Shown here in pieces: positions 24,180-36,289 of a DNA stretch of 64,000 nucleotides; the first letter of the stretch is position 1; the number at the start of each line of letters is the position of its first letter. The stretch comes from Chiloscyllium plagiosum. Lineage: Eukaryota. Under the pieces are notes generated by a model, which did no database searches, was not told the origin of the DNA, and saw only the letters and a program-made list of their open reading frames with translations. The stretch covers positions 38,211,191 through 38,275,190 of the forward strand of contig NC_057718.1 of assembly GCF_004010195.1 (NCBI RefSeq). Reading direction: 5' to 3'. Made by a program: the position numbers and the translations under genes.

Positions 24180-24473
24180 AGAAACCACATGACGCCAGGT
24201 TATAGTCCAACAGGTTTATTTCAATGTACAAACTTTCGGAGCGCTGTTCCTTTGTGAGGAAGCTCGTGGAGCAGGATCGTAGGACACAGAATTCAGAGCA
24301 AAAGATTTTCTGTAAATTCTGTGTCTTATGATCCTCTTCCACTAGTTGCCTGACAAAGGACCAGCCCTCCAAAAGCTTGAACTTCCAAATAAACCTGTTG
24401 GACTATAACCTAGTGTCATGTGGTTTTTAAACTTTGTAAACCCCAGTCCAACACTGGCACCTCCATATCATAG
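24180..24473 (+). mobile_element. Palindromic Penelope-derived element (second family)
   Basis: Inverted arms ~24181-24296 and ~24310-24427 (aggttatagtccaacaggtttattt vs aaataaacctgttggactataacct) plus an unpaired 3' extension. TSD taacttt at 24173-24179 and 24474-24480. Both arms have decayed hammerhead-like cores. Confidence 0.8.
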
Positions 24474-26429
24474 TAACTTTGACAGCCTTATGATGTTGCA
24501 TTGTACAATGCCCAGTCATGAATGAATTAGATACATGGTGATAATAGAAATGAATAAGGATTTGTTTAGTATTACTTAATTCAAATAATGGAATGTAAGG
24601 TGCTTGTTTTATCATGTACACTATTTGTGTTTGCTTATATCCCATTCAATTGAAAATAAAAACAAAGTTAGACTCTGTCAGAAGTGGAAATTTTCTAAGT
24701 ACCCTATTGTGAGTACAAAGTAAGAATGAAAATGTAACCTGATTGTGTTCTGTGGTTAGTAGGTTTCCTCTACACACATACAGTAACACGAACCATTTAC
24801 TGAAACTGTGGTCGAAACTTTTGTACAATATATAATTTCTTGTAAAAGTGGTGAATTCTATAGTACAGTAGTTCACAACCCACTGCTGCACTCATTCGAG
24901 TCAGTGTCGAGTTCAAAGATGGATTTTCTTTTACATTTGTAGCTGTTACTGAAAATACCAGAAGCAGAAAATACAATAGGGAATGACCAGTTTTGCGAGT
25001 ATGAATTGTTGAAGTTTAGCTGAATGCATACTATTCAATGCTGTATACCACATTGTCATATCTAGCCATAAATTGCACTTGAATCCTTTAGTTCTTCTCT
25101 AACTGGGTTTGTCATATCTCCCAGTAATATATTAGTAAGGAAAACCAGCAAGTGATCATGGATCATACCAAGGCATTGAAATTGAAAATAGATTGGTAAT
25201 GCATTCTATACTTGGAAAACGTATGTTCATGAGAGAAATATGATTGAAATGAAACTGGAAATAAAACACTTTAAGAATTTTAGCATGTGTATTTTATGGT
25301 ACTGAACACAGAGCTTCACATTGCTGATCCTATGAGGTGTTAATAGTGAATTTAGTTTTCGGCCAATTTTGCGTTATGTTGTAGAAGCTGAAGGGAAAAC
25401 CCATGAGTTCTGCTCATTCTGAAGTTTCTAATTTCCTGCTGATTTCATATGGATATTTCTGGGTTTAAATTAGTTGAAATTCTGCATTTGATATTTCTGG
25501 CAATAGTCGGTGCCCACTGTCCGCAAATGAATATGGGTATTTTTGAAAGACATAGAATTTAAATTCCACTATTCTGTTCAGAGGGTACTTGAGTATTGTG
25601 AATAGCACATAAGATAAGGCCACTGTCAAACCACTGACTGTGAAGTGTAGGCTCAGCTTGAACCAAATAGGTACCCAAAGCAGGTGGAGCATGTCATGTG
25701 ATTACAGTTGGCTCGATTGCCAAGAGAAGAAACAGATTAGTCCCATCCCCATCTTTGGCTGACATTGCACCAACTTCCTACCTTGCTTGAAACTGATAAC
25801 AAAAAATGCAAATATTACCTTCAATTTATGCGGAGTTTTCAGTTTAAGGTCATTCCTGCTTCTGTAAAGATGCTTTTCTGTATAAAATTAGACATTTTCC
25901 TTGAAATTGTTTCTAATTTGTCTTGAAGATATTTTCAATTGTGAACAGTGAAATTGCTGTGCAACTGGGACTTTATAGATTCAGTTTCAACAACATGGAA
26001 TTGTTCCTTGGCTTCTTCATAGAGACATTATAACACTGATCATTTGTGAAAGTGGGAGGTACTTTACAGTAGTCGTTAAATTGGTGACATGGATTACATT
26101 ATCTCTTGGACAGTTAAATGCTTTTGGTTGTGTATCATTAGGTACCAATGACTGTTTGCCCCATAAAGGGCTGTTTTGTGATTTTGGATTGCAAGCACCT
26201 GATTGTAGGCTGCAGTGTGATACCTGGACATGTGGCCCCTTTGTTAATCACGCATGTTGCCAGCATGTATAACTTGATATGCATTGGCATTGGTTTAAAT
26301 AAATTTTTATGAACCCGGGGAGTGTCAAGTGTTTGAGTATATTAGCTAATCCTATCGATTGTCCGATTTTTGTTTTTAAAACCTTCACGGCTGAAGGTAT
26401 TTGCGTTTTTTTTTACAAATAGTAAATAG

Positions 26430-26880
26430 TGATAGAGATGTGCAGCATGGAAACAGACCTTTCATTCCCACTCGTCCATGCTGACCACATATCCTAAATT
26501 AATCTAATCCCATCTGCCAGTATTTCCCTCTAAACCCTTCCTATTCATACACCATCCAGGTGCCTTTTAAATTTGTAATTGTACCACCCTCCTGTATCAC
26601 TTCTGCCAGATCATTCCAGACATGCACCACTCTGTGTGACAAAGTTGTCCCTTAGGACCCTTTTAAAGTTTTTCCTTCTCACCTTTAAACCCTCTAGATT
26701 TGGACTCCCCCACCCTGGGGAAAAGATCTTGTATACTTAGCCTATCCATGCCTCTCGTGATTTTATCAACCTCTATAAGTTCCCTAGGACCTTGTCATTA
26801 AGTGTATAAGTCCTGCCCTGATTTGCCTTTCCAAAATGCAGCACATCACATTTTATATAAATTAAACTCTCTGACACTCC
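26430..26880 (-). mobile_element. CR1 3'-end fragment with internal deletion
   Basis: atagagatgtgcagcatggaaacagacc tail; jumps at about 26780 to the RT-proximal ccttgtcattaagtgtataagtcctg. Confidence 0.88.
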
Positions 26881-27039
26881 TGGCTTAAAAATCTATTGGT
26901 ATATTTCAACAAAACTTGTTTGACAGATATGGTATGGCCCAAGAAAGTAAGAGTTTGGAGAAATTGCAGAACCAGATCCCTGATACGTTCTTTACAAAGA
27001 TGAATTAATTTTGCAAGTTTGGAGCAAGTTTACCTCCCT

Positions 27040-27475
27040 CGGTCTATGCCAACCAGATATCCAAACCAAATCTAGTCCCACCTGCCATATCTCTCCAAAC
27101 CTTTCTTATTCATATGCCCATCCAAATGCCTTTTAAATGTTGCAATTGTGCTAGCCACCACTATTTCCTCTGGCAGCTCATTCCATACACGTACCACCCT
27201 CCGCGTGAAAAGGTTGCACATTAGGTCTCTTTTATATCTTTCCCCTCTCACTCTAAACTGGTATGCCCTCTAGTTCTGGATTCCCCCATCCCAGGGAAAA
27301 GACTTGGTCTGTTTACCCTATGGATGCTGCTCTTGATTTTATAAATGTCAATAAGGTCACCTCTCAGCCTCCAACACGCGGAAAAACAGCCCTAGCCTAT
27401 TCAACCTCTCCGATAGCTCAAGTCTTCCAACCCTGGCAACATCCTTGGAAATCCTTTCTGAACCCTTTCAAGTTT
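27040..27475 (-). mobile_element. CR1 3'-end fragment
   Basis: Reverse complement of 22880-23310. Confidence 0.9.
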
Positions 27476-27953
27476 CGTCCTTGTGAACAGAGTTTTCAGA
27501 AAAGGTTGTTGATCTGGGTTGGCCTGAAGCTGCCTCAGTGAGATGGGACCACTTTATGTATTTATATTTTCAATTCTGTAATTACATTACATAAACTAGG
27601 CAGAGAAAGCCTCCAGGAAGAGCTGTGATATTGGAATAATGTTGAATTAGCATAGCATGGCAGAGTTACGTACTGAATGTCCTCTTTGCTTGTTTACCTG
27701 TTTTTTCTAACCAAACATGTCACAGCTAGTAGCTAGTACCTTGGTTTTAGAATTCCATGCTCCTATCCAGGTAAGAGATAGTGATGCACACTTGTGAGAA
27801 AAAATGCAGGAGAGTAATAGCAGTAAGTCTTTTGGTTAACTAAGTTATTATTGAGAAGAGATCAAATGCTGTTAAGTCTTTTGAACTTTTAGAATTGACA
27901 TGAAGATGTTGACTCTTAAAGTGTTAATAATTACTTGTGGTAATGTCATACAG

Positions 27954-28073
27954 GGAGGAAGTAAGCACTGCAGATGCTTGAGATCAGTTGAAAAGTGTGG
28001 CGCTGGAAAAGCACCTCAGGTCAGGCGGCACCCAAGGAGCAAGAGAATCGACACTCCAGGCAAAAGCCCTTAC
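27954..28073 (-). mobile_element. Penelope-derived short insertion
   Basis: gtgtggcgctggaaaagcac...aggagcaagagaatcgac...ggcaaaagccctt is the antisense of the 34385 family. 9-bp TSD gtcatacag at 27945-27953 and 28074-28082. Confidence 0.78.
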
Positions 28074-28774
28074 GTCATACAGTCAGTGATATTTTTAATG
28101 ATCCTGTTCAAGCTTGTAATGGCACGCAATACTAGAGCAAGTAGCTGGAAACCAGGCCTTCTGTTCAGGGCATTACCATTGCACCAAAGATCCACTACTG
28201 AGTCTCATGTTAAATACCAGCCTTTTAGTATTGTGAAAACCATTACAAGCCTAATGGACATTAACATGCTAGTTTTTGTTTTGAAATGGAGCTAAGTAAG
28301 TGTACTTATGTGATCATTTGTCTTACTTGTAACTAATTTGCAAATACCTAACTGAAGAATTGTCCCAGTTACATGTTTTAATTTTCTAATTGAATCACAT
28401 GCATCTTGAATATGATGTGAGGCTGTGTTAAAAATCTGAATAGGTCTTATTGTGAGATATTTTGCGACTAGGTTTATTGAATCTCAGAAGTGTTATGCTG
28501 TAGAAAGAGGCCATTTGACCTATCGTGCCTGCATTGGTTTGTTACATGAATGTCTTTAGGATAGTTGCTAATCACAAAATGTAGTTTGTTACTCTATTGC
28601 TTCCCAATCACATTTGTTCACTATCATTCCCAGAGGGTTGACTTCATCAGAGCCAGTCTTTCAAATGGTATTCTTTGTGTGCTTACAGAATGATGTCTTC
28701 ACATATCAATAATCACAGATGAAGATAAACATATTCTGATACAATTTCTCAATTGTTTATTTTCCAGCTGAAAT

Positions 28775-29130
28775 CACTGGGTGGCACTTGTGCCTGCGAG
28801 TTAGAAAGTCATGGGTTCAAGTCCCATTCCAGAGATGACTTCATATGACACAGGCTGGCATTTCAATACTGAGACAATGCTGCCAAGTTGTTCTGTCTTT
28901 TGGATGACATATTTACCCAATATTTTGTCTGCTTGCTTGGTTGGAGAACAGGAAAATGTTGTGTCTGTGCCATGACTATTATTTATCCTTCAGCTTTGAT
29001 GAGTAAAGTCCTTGCTAAAAGAAAAATAGTTGTCTGATATTACAACTGAACTTCAAAGGTACTTAATTGCTTGTGAAGCACTTAAGGAAATTCCGAAGTT
29101 GTGAAAGAAACCACAAAACTCTTTTCTTTG
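28775..29130 (+). mobile_element. Ancient DeuSINE-like (SacSINE1-type) SINE
   Basis: B box gggttcaagtccc; Deu-like aatactgagacaatgctgc...gtcttttggatga; tail cttcaaaggtacttaattgcttgtgaagcactt...gttgtgaaag. Confidence 0.65.
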
Positions 29131-29869
29131 ACATAGAATATGCAATATGAAGTTATCAATAATTTCTTGCCCCCTTTCAAAATCAATTCTTCAACAAATT
29201 GATTTGATATTTTGCAGTTCCTCATTTGCATTTATTTTCTTGGCAAGAATAGCACAGAATTGATTATTGCAAATTGCATTTGCCGAACGTTCGGCCACCG
29301 AAGATTGCACTGGTCCTTGAGTTTTCACCAGATGTTGGCATGTTTGGGAACAGTTTAATTCACAGCAGACATTAACTGCATTCTTCAGTGGATAAGGTCT
29401 TCATCTGCATTTTAGAGTTTTGAATCCAGTATGACTGTTCTGCTGAACTTGAGTTTGGACTCAACACATTTAATTCTATTTCTCTCTCCTGAGTTTCCCC
29501 AGCATTTTCTGTATTCCTTGCTGATTGAAATTCATTGCTGACAAGAATTCTATTTTTAGGGAGCCAAATTTGTCTACCAAACGTTCAGTCTCCAGAATAT
29601 AAAAAATATGCTGTTCAAGTAACTTGCATAGATGTACAGTATTTCGAGATTGCCAACTATTGTAGCCCATCAGAATCACATAAAATGTAGTTACTCATGT
29701 CTGGTCACCCATTGTAATTTCAGTTTGCTATCATTCAGAAGCAGGACACTCAATTGTTGCCTCACTCCCTTGGCTTTTCTTCTCTCAGGACACTGAGGTT
29801 AATTACAAAAGCCTTAATGCTTCTCTAGTTGCAAAAATAATATAGGCAAGGTTTAAAACGACTCAACAA

Positions 29870-31365
29870 GAATAGAGTAGAATAGCTTTTTATTTGTCAT
29901 TTCTGCCAGATACAACTGATAAAATAAAAGTGAGACAGCGTTCCTCCAGTACTACATGGACAGCACAAGCTGCCAAATTGTACACAACATAAGTGCAAAA
30001 CATGCAGGTTACAATCTAACAGAAGAATGATTAATAATAAGACATTTTTCTCGCAGCAGTGCAAAAGAATTTCAGATGGGAAATAATCCAATTATATTGT
30101 GTTAAGGAGCCTGATGACTTGGGGGAAGAAATTGTTGCACAGTCTGGCAGTGAGAGACCATACACTCCGGTATCTTCTGCCAGATGGCAGGAGGGAGAAG
30201 TGTTTGAGTGAGGGGAGTGTGGGGTCTTCCACAATGCTCTTCGCCTTTCGGATGCAGCATGTGGAGTAAGTGTCTGTAATGGAGGGGAAAGACACCTCGA
30301 AAATCTTCTCAGCTGTCCTCACTATCCGTCATAGGGTCTTACAATCCTTGACCGTGCAATTCCTGAACCAGGCAGTGATGCAATAGCTTAGGGTACCCTC
30401 AATGAACCCTCTGTAGAATGTGGTGAGGATGCGGGGTGGGAGACCGTCTTTCCTCGGCCTGCGCAGAAAGTAGAGTTGCTGCAGGGCTTTCTTGGCTATG
30501 GAGCTGGTGTTGAGGGTCTAGGTGAGATTCTCCCCCAGGTGCACCAAGAAATCTGGTGCTCTTCACGATCTCCATGGGGGGGGGGCTCCATTGTCCATCA
30601 GACAGTGGTTGCTCCATGCCCTCCTGAAGTCAATAACCATTTGTTTCATCTTGTCCACGTTCAGAGACAGGTTGTTGGCTCTGCATCATGCTGTTAGCCG
30701 CTGCACCTCCTCTCTGTACGCTGACTTAGCATTCCTGCTGATGTGAATCGTATGATACAGTCGTATCATCAGCGAACTTGATGTGATTTGACCTGTGCAT
30801 CGCTGCACAGTCGTGTCTCAGCAAGGTGAACAGCAGTGGACTGAGCACACAGCCTTAGGGGGCCCCTTGTGCTCAGTATGATGGTATTGGACATGCTGTT
30901 CCCAATCTTGACTGACTGAGGCCTCTCAGTCGGAAAGTCCAGGATCCAGTTCACAGGAAGGTATTTAGGCCCAGCAGGCTCAACTTTCCAATCAGGTGCT
31001 GAGGAGTGGTAGTGTTAAATGCAGAACTGACATCTATGAACAGTAGTCTGATGTAGGTGTCCTTCTTCTCCAAGTGAGTGAGGGCCAGATGGAGGGTGCT
31101 GGAAATGGCATCATCTGTTGAGCGGTTGTGTCAATATGCAAATTTCATGGTGTCTAGTGAGGGTGGCCGTAGGATCTTAATAAGCCTCATCACAAGCCTC
31201 TTGAAGCAATTCATGCTGGTGAAAGCACAACACAGTGGTAGTCATTGAGACAGGACGCTGAAGACTTCTTCAGAACAGTGACGATGGTAAACTTCTTTGC
31301 AGTATGTTGGAACTATGAAGCAGCTCAGGGAAATGTTGAAGATGTCTGTGAGAACATCTGCAAGT
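29870..31365 (-). mobile_element. Rex1/Babar-like LINE, 5'-truncated, decayed
   Basis: Minus ORFs [27 protein letters not shown] and FSLLPSGRRYRS...RLCNNFFPQVIRLLN; a KFADD-like codon run near 30770; short repeat tail. Confidence 0.9.
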
Positions 31366-32273
31366 AATTTAATATGCCAGCTGATTCACTTATTTTTATC
31401 CAGTAAATTGAGGTTACTTGCCTTTATAACACTCAGAAAATAACAGAACACTTGCAAAGTGAGCTTGTGCCTAAAGTCACTTCACTTAAAAACTACTAAA
31501 CTGGCTGTGAATTACTTTGGAAAATCTTAGTGGTATGAAAGGTGGTATATCCATTCCAATTATTTCCTTTTGATTACTGTCACAATCTTCTTCACCTGTT
31601 CTGTTGACTAAATCCCTGTCAACCCAACTCCCAACAACATCAAGTTGCCCCATAACAGGGGCTTGAGTATACCAAGGCCATGTGCAGAAATGTTACTGAA
31701 CCAATAGTTTAACACTAACCATGTAAGACTTTTCTCGTGAAGATTATCAAAAGCTGTGTCAAAATGTTAAGTTTGAAGGGTATTTTGAAGAAAATAGATC
31801 GAGGTGTTGAGATTTATGGAAGGAATTCTAGAACTTGGAGCCAGGGCAACTCAGAATGTAACCATTAATGGTAGTACAATTAAAACTGGAGAGTGGGAAG
31901 GTCATCCTTTCTGTGAAAAGATCATTGGATGGTGAGCTTTGATTTTACCCTGGCCTCTCCCTTCTGTGTTCAAAATTCAGTGCCACTTACTCGTGAAGTG
32001 GCTCATTAAAGAGGAGTCTTCTCCAGGTGAAGATATTTTAAGACTGTTCTTAAAGCTGTAACATAATGAGGGTGGGCCTTTAGCTTAAGAAGAAGAAAAG
32101 TAAGTGAAGAAAATTGGAGGCGTCCAAGGGTTAATTTTGTAACATCAAGACAGAATGCAAATTTAATAGACAGTTTAAAAGCACTGAAAGTATTGCCTTA
32201 ACTGCAATGCATTGATTTCAAACATATTCTCTGTTATTGTTGCAATTCCCAAGTCAGGCTGATGTCTTTTGAA

Positions 32274-32487
32274 CAAAAACAAAAGTTATTGGAAAAGCTC
32301 AGCATGTCTGGCAGCATCTGTGACGAGAAATCAAAGTTAACCTTTTGGGTCTAGTGACCCTTCCACTGGGGACCCAAAAGGTTAACTGATTTCACTGCAC
32401 AGATGCTGCCAGACCTGCTGAGCTTTTCCAGCAACTTCTGTTTTTGTTTCTGATTTACAGCATCTGCAGTCCTTTTGGTTTTTGTTT
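32274..32487 (+). mobile_element. Palindromic Penelope-derived (MER6-like) element
   Basis: Arms ggaaaagctcagcatgtctggcagcatctgtg and cacagatgctgccagacctgctgagcttttcc. 14-bp TSD tgatgtct(t/c)ttgaa at 32260-32273 and 32488-32501. Confidence 0.82.
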
Positions 32488-32809
32488 TGATGTCTCTTGA
32501 AGCGTTTTCTCACTGCTTCAGTTCCCTGCCCTAATTCGACTCACTAAAGAGAACTGGCAATGCATTTTACTATTGTTCTGGAAAGTGGTTTCGTATATTT
32601 CAGTTTTCAGTAAAGTCTTGATCCTGGCCCAGGCTGATGAAATGAAATTTCTTCATGTTTGTTGGTGTTGATAGTGTACTGTAATGTGAGTCTGACAAGT
32701 CCTTCTTCAGCGTAACTCCCAATGTTGCAAAATTGATCCAAAGTTTTAACTAAATTGCTAATTGTACTTCAAGAACCACTTTTCAACTATTGCCAAAGTG
32801 TTCTATTGG

Positions 32810-33165
32810 CCTTAGAGAAGTTTATAAAATAATGAGGAGTATAGATAGATAGAGTTAATAGTAATTGTCTTTTCCTGAGAATGGGGGATTTCAAGACTAA
32901 GGTGAGAAGAGAGAGATTTAAAAATAGACATTGGGCAAAATTTTTGTACAGAGGGTGATTGACGTGTGGAAGTGAGAAAGTGGTGAATGTGGCTACATTT
33001 CCAACATTTAAAAGACATTTGGATAAGTTCATGAATCGGAACGGTTTGGAGAGATTTGGGCCAGGAACAAGCAATTGGAAGTAGTGTAGTTTGGGATTAA
33101 TTAGTTAGGCATGGACTAATTGGACCAAAGGGTCTGTTTCTGTGCTTTATGACTTTGACTCTATA
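32810..33165 (+). mobile_element. CR1 3'-end fragment
   Basis: gtttataaaataatgagg...tggaccaaagggtctgtttctgtgctttatgactttgactctat tail. Confidence 0.88.
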
Positions 33166-33522
33166 ATTCTCCATGCAAAGAAATTTCTGCTAACTCTTCT
33201 TTCTCTCTCTGACCATGTTAAGGGGATTACTCAGTTGAATTTAACAAGACGGATTTTGCTGTTTGTTTTGATTTATCGAAAATTTTCTGAAGTATTTTAT
33301 GCTCAGGACTTCAATCCAATTACTTATGTTGCATGTGCCTTCTGTATCCTTGCTCCTCAGTGAAAATATTTCTCAATTGCAAACTTCCCAATTTTTGATG
33401 CATTATTGTTTCACTAATTTATATTGCTTCATTGCAATGTTTCTTGCAAGTAATCAAGACTACATAACCCACTGGTAAAACAAAATTATTGACATTTTCG
33501 GAGAGTAATAACTTCAGTAATT

Positions 33523-34355
33523 TAGAGTCACAGAGGTGTACAGCACGGAAACAGACCCTTTGTAGTCACATTTGCCAGAGCTTGGCCCATATCCCTTGAA
33601 ACCCTTCATATTCATACACCCATCCTGATGCCTTTTAAATGTTGCAATCGTACTAGCCTCCACCACTTCCTCTTGCAGCTCATTCCATACACGCACCATT
33701 CTCTGTGTGAAAAAGTTGTCCCTTAGGTTCCTTTTATATCTTGCCCCCCCTCACCCTAAACCTATGCCCTCTAGTTCTGGACTCTCCCACCCCAGGGAAA
33801 AGACTTTGTCTGTTTATCCTATCCATGCCCCTCATAATTTTATAAATCTCTATGAAGTCACCCTCGCCTTCCGATGCTCCAGGTACAACAGCCTCAGCCT
33901 ATTTAGTCTCTCCCTATAGGTCAAATTCCCCCAACCCTGGAAACATCCTTGTAAATCTTTTCTGAATCTTTTCTGAATCCTTTCTAGTTTCACAACATTC
34001 GTTCGCTAGAAAGGAGACCAGAACTGCAATATTCCAAAGGTGGCCTGACCAACATCCTGTACAGCCGCAACATGACCTCCCAACTTCTCTACTCAACACT
34101 CTGACCAATAAAGGAAAGCATACCAAATGCTGTCTTCGCTATCCTGTCTACCTGTGCCTCTACTTTCGAGGAACTATGAACCTGCACTCCAAGGTCTCTT
34201 TGTTCAGCAACACTCCCCTGGACCTGACCATTAAGTGTATAAGTCCTGCTCTGATTTGCTTTTCCAAAGTGCAGCATCTTGCATTTATTTAAATTAAACT
34301 CCATCTACCATTCCTTAGCCTATTGGCCCATCTGAACAAGATCCTGTTGTAATCT
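33523..34355 (-). mobile_element. CR1 3' portion
   Basis: Minus ORFs EFNLNKCKMLHFGKAN...EQRDLGVQVH and VRVWNELQEEVVEA. Confidence 0.93.
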
Positions 34356-34381
34356 TTTTTGTTGTCCCCTACTTCCTGAAT

Positions 34382-34470
34382 ATTCCTGATGAAGGGCTTT
34401 TGCCCGAAATGTCGATTTCGCTGCTCCTTGGATGCTGCCTGAATTGCTGTGCTCTTCCAGCACCACTAAT
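34382..34470 (+). ncRNA. Minimal type-I hammerhead ribozyme motif within a Penelope-derived fragment
   Basis: CTGATGA (34386-34392), extra A, stem II GGGC-tttt-GCCC, GAAA (34406-34409), tg, TC. The tg is a probable CpG-decayed palindromic cg. Confidence 0.65.
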
Positions 34471-35393
34471 CCTTTCCAAATACATGTACATCCTGTCCCT
34501 CAGGATTCCCTCCAACAACTTGCCCACCACAGATTTGATTCCATAGAATGCCTTCTTGCCTCGATTGCTAGCATTTTTGTCTCAGCTAGAAGTCCGCAGC
34601 TTCAAGCCCCACACCAGCATTTGAAATCAGTTGAAGTTTAAATTCCATCACAGCATTGTGGAAATGGTGCATTTTTATTAATATTTATACACATGGTCAG
34701 CCTTTTGTATGTAAGAAAGTTTCTAATACAATATGTAAGTTTTAAAAAGGCCTTTCAATGCAATGCCATGTGAGATTTTTGAACCACACTTTGCTCATAA
34801 ATGGAATTTAAAATGGGTAGATGTAAAATACAACATTTTCCATTGATTAAACTTTCGTGATACAAGTCACTTCTAGTTTTCTTTTTTAAAATACCCAGAG
34901 GTTGGTTTTGTTTTATATCAGCAAAGCCTGATGACACATTTCTGAAGCTTAATTTAGTTTTACTGATTCTAAATTAAAAAGATAGATGATAAAAATTTTG
35001 TTACAGTAAATTAGTTTTAATTCTTTGACTGTACCACATTATTGATATAGTAATAAATATCCAGTAAGGTCCTTGCCAGACTAATGTCATGTCAAAAAGC
35101 GAACATTAAATTGAACTAAGCATGTTTGATGAAGCAAGCAAAATACTAGAAATCTGAAATAAAACCTAAAATGTTCAAAAGACTTAGCAAATCCTGTGTT
35201 TTAGGAGATTAGAGATCTGCCCTGTGCACGTTTTACAGTTATGAAATTTTGTTTGGAAGTGAGACTTGGATTAGTGCTAGTATCCAGTTCAAAGATATTC
35301 TGAAGAATACAAGAACTGACTAATAAATGCAAATGTGAACATGTTCACACAGCAGAGTTATCAGCTTTTTAAAAAGAGTTCAGTTCCATTGTC

Positions 35394-35630
35394 GAGAGTG
35401 TGGTGCTGGAAAAGCACAGCAGGTCAGGCAGCAACCAAGGAGCAGGAGAACCGACGTTTCGGGCATAGGTTCTTCATCAGGAATGCGGCAGCTCATTATT
35501 GATGAAGGGCTATTGCCTGAAATGTCAATTTCCTCTGCTCCTCAGATGCTGCCTGACCTGCTCTGTTTTTCTTCCACCACCACACACTCGACTCTGATAC
35601 TGCAGCATCTGCAGTCCTCACTTTCTCCTG
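35394..35630 (+). mobile_element. Palindromic Penelope-derived element with two opposed hammerhead cores
   Basis: Minus core CTGATGA...GAAACGTC at 35453-35480; plus core ttgatgaagggctattgcctgaaatgtc at 35499-35526. 12-bp TSD agttccattgtc at 35382-35393 and 35631-35642. Confidence 0.85.
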
Positions 35631-36148
35631 AGTTCCATTGTCCCTATCTTAGTTGGTTTTGTCACCTTAAAATATAAAATTACTTTGTGAATGATGATAC
35701 TCCTGTATATTTTTAGGATTGTTCAGCTATTATTTTCAGTTTTTGAACATTTAAAATGGTGGAATATTACTGCACGTTCAAGTCATTTTTGGCTGATGTG
35801 CTTTGCAAGACTTCTTTGCATCAGGGTTTGCCATGTGCTGGATCTTAAAGCATCTGGAAAGTAACATTCTATACTGGATTTGGGAATTGGGTGATGCTGG
35901 GGAGCTGAAGTTTGAGAGGGGAAAGAAGTGAAAACGTTGAGATAAATTTTTTTTGTTTGTAGTGCCGTTCATAACTAACTTGATTGATCTAATGGAATGG
36001 GGTGACATATTCCAAGGGAAATTCATTTGTAATGCATTCAGTGAAGATTGCTGTGAAGGTGATTTGAGTTGAGATTTGTTTTCACACCAACTCTTGAATT
36101 ATTTATGATATTTCTGCAATGTGAATGAAATAATTTTTTTTTCTCTAG

Positions 36149-36202
36149 ACTTGGTGCCTAGCATTTGCAGTCAAACCTACCGGACTCTGAGATTCCCATA
36201 GT
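36149..36202 (+). other. Candidate internal exon (54 nt), probably non-coding
   Basis: Acceptor tttttttttctctAG and donor GTGAGT (36203-36208) in unique sequence. All three frames contain a stop. Confidence 0.45.
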
Positions 36203-36289
36203 GTGAGTAAAATATCCTGCTTTTACAGTATTGATGCACAAATTGTTAAGTGGTGGCTGGCTAATAACATTTTTTATTTATATTGACAC

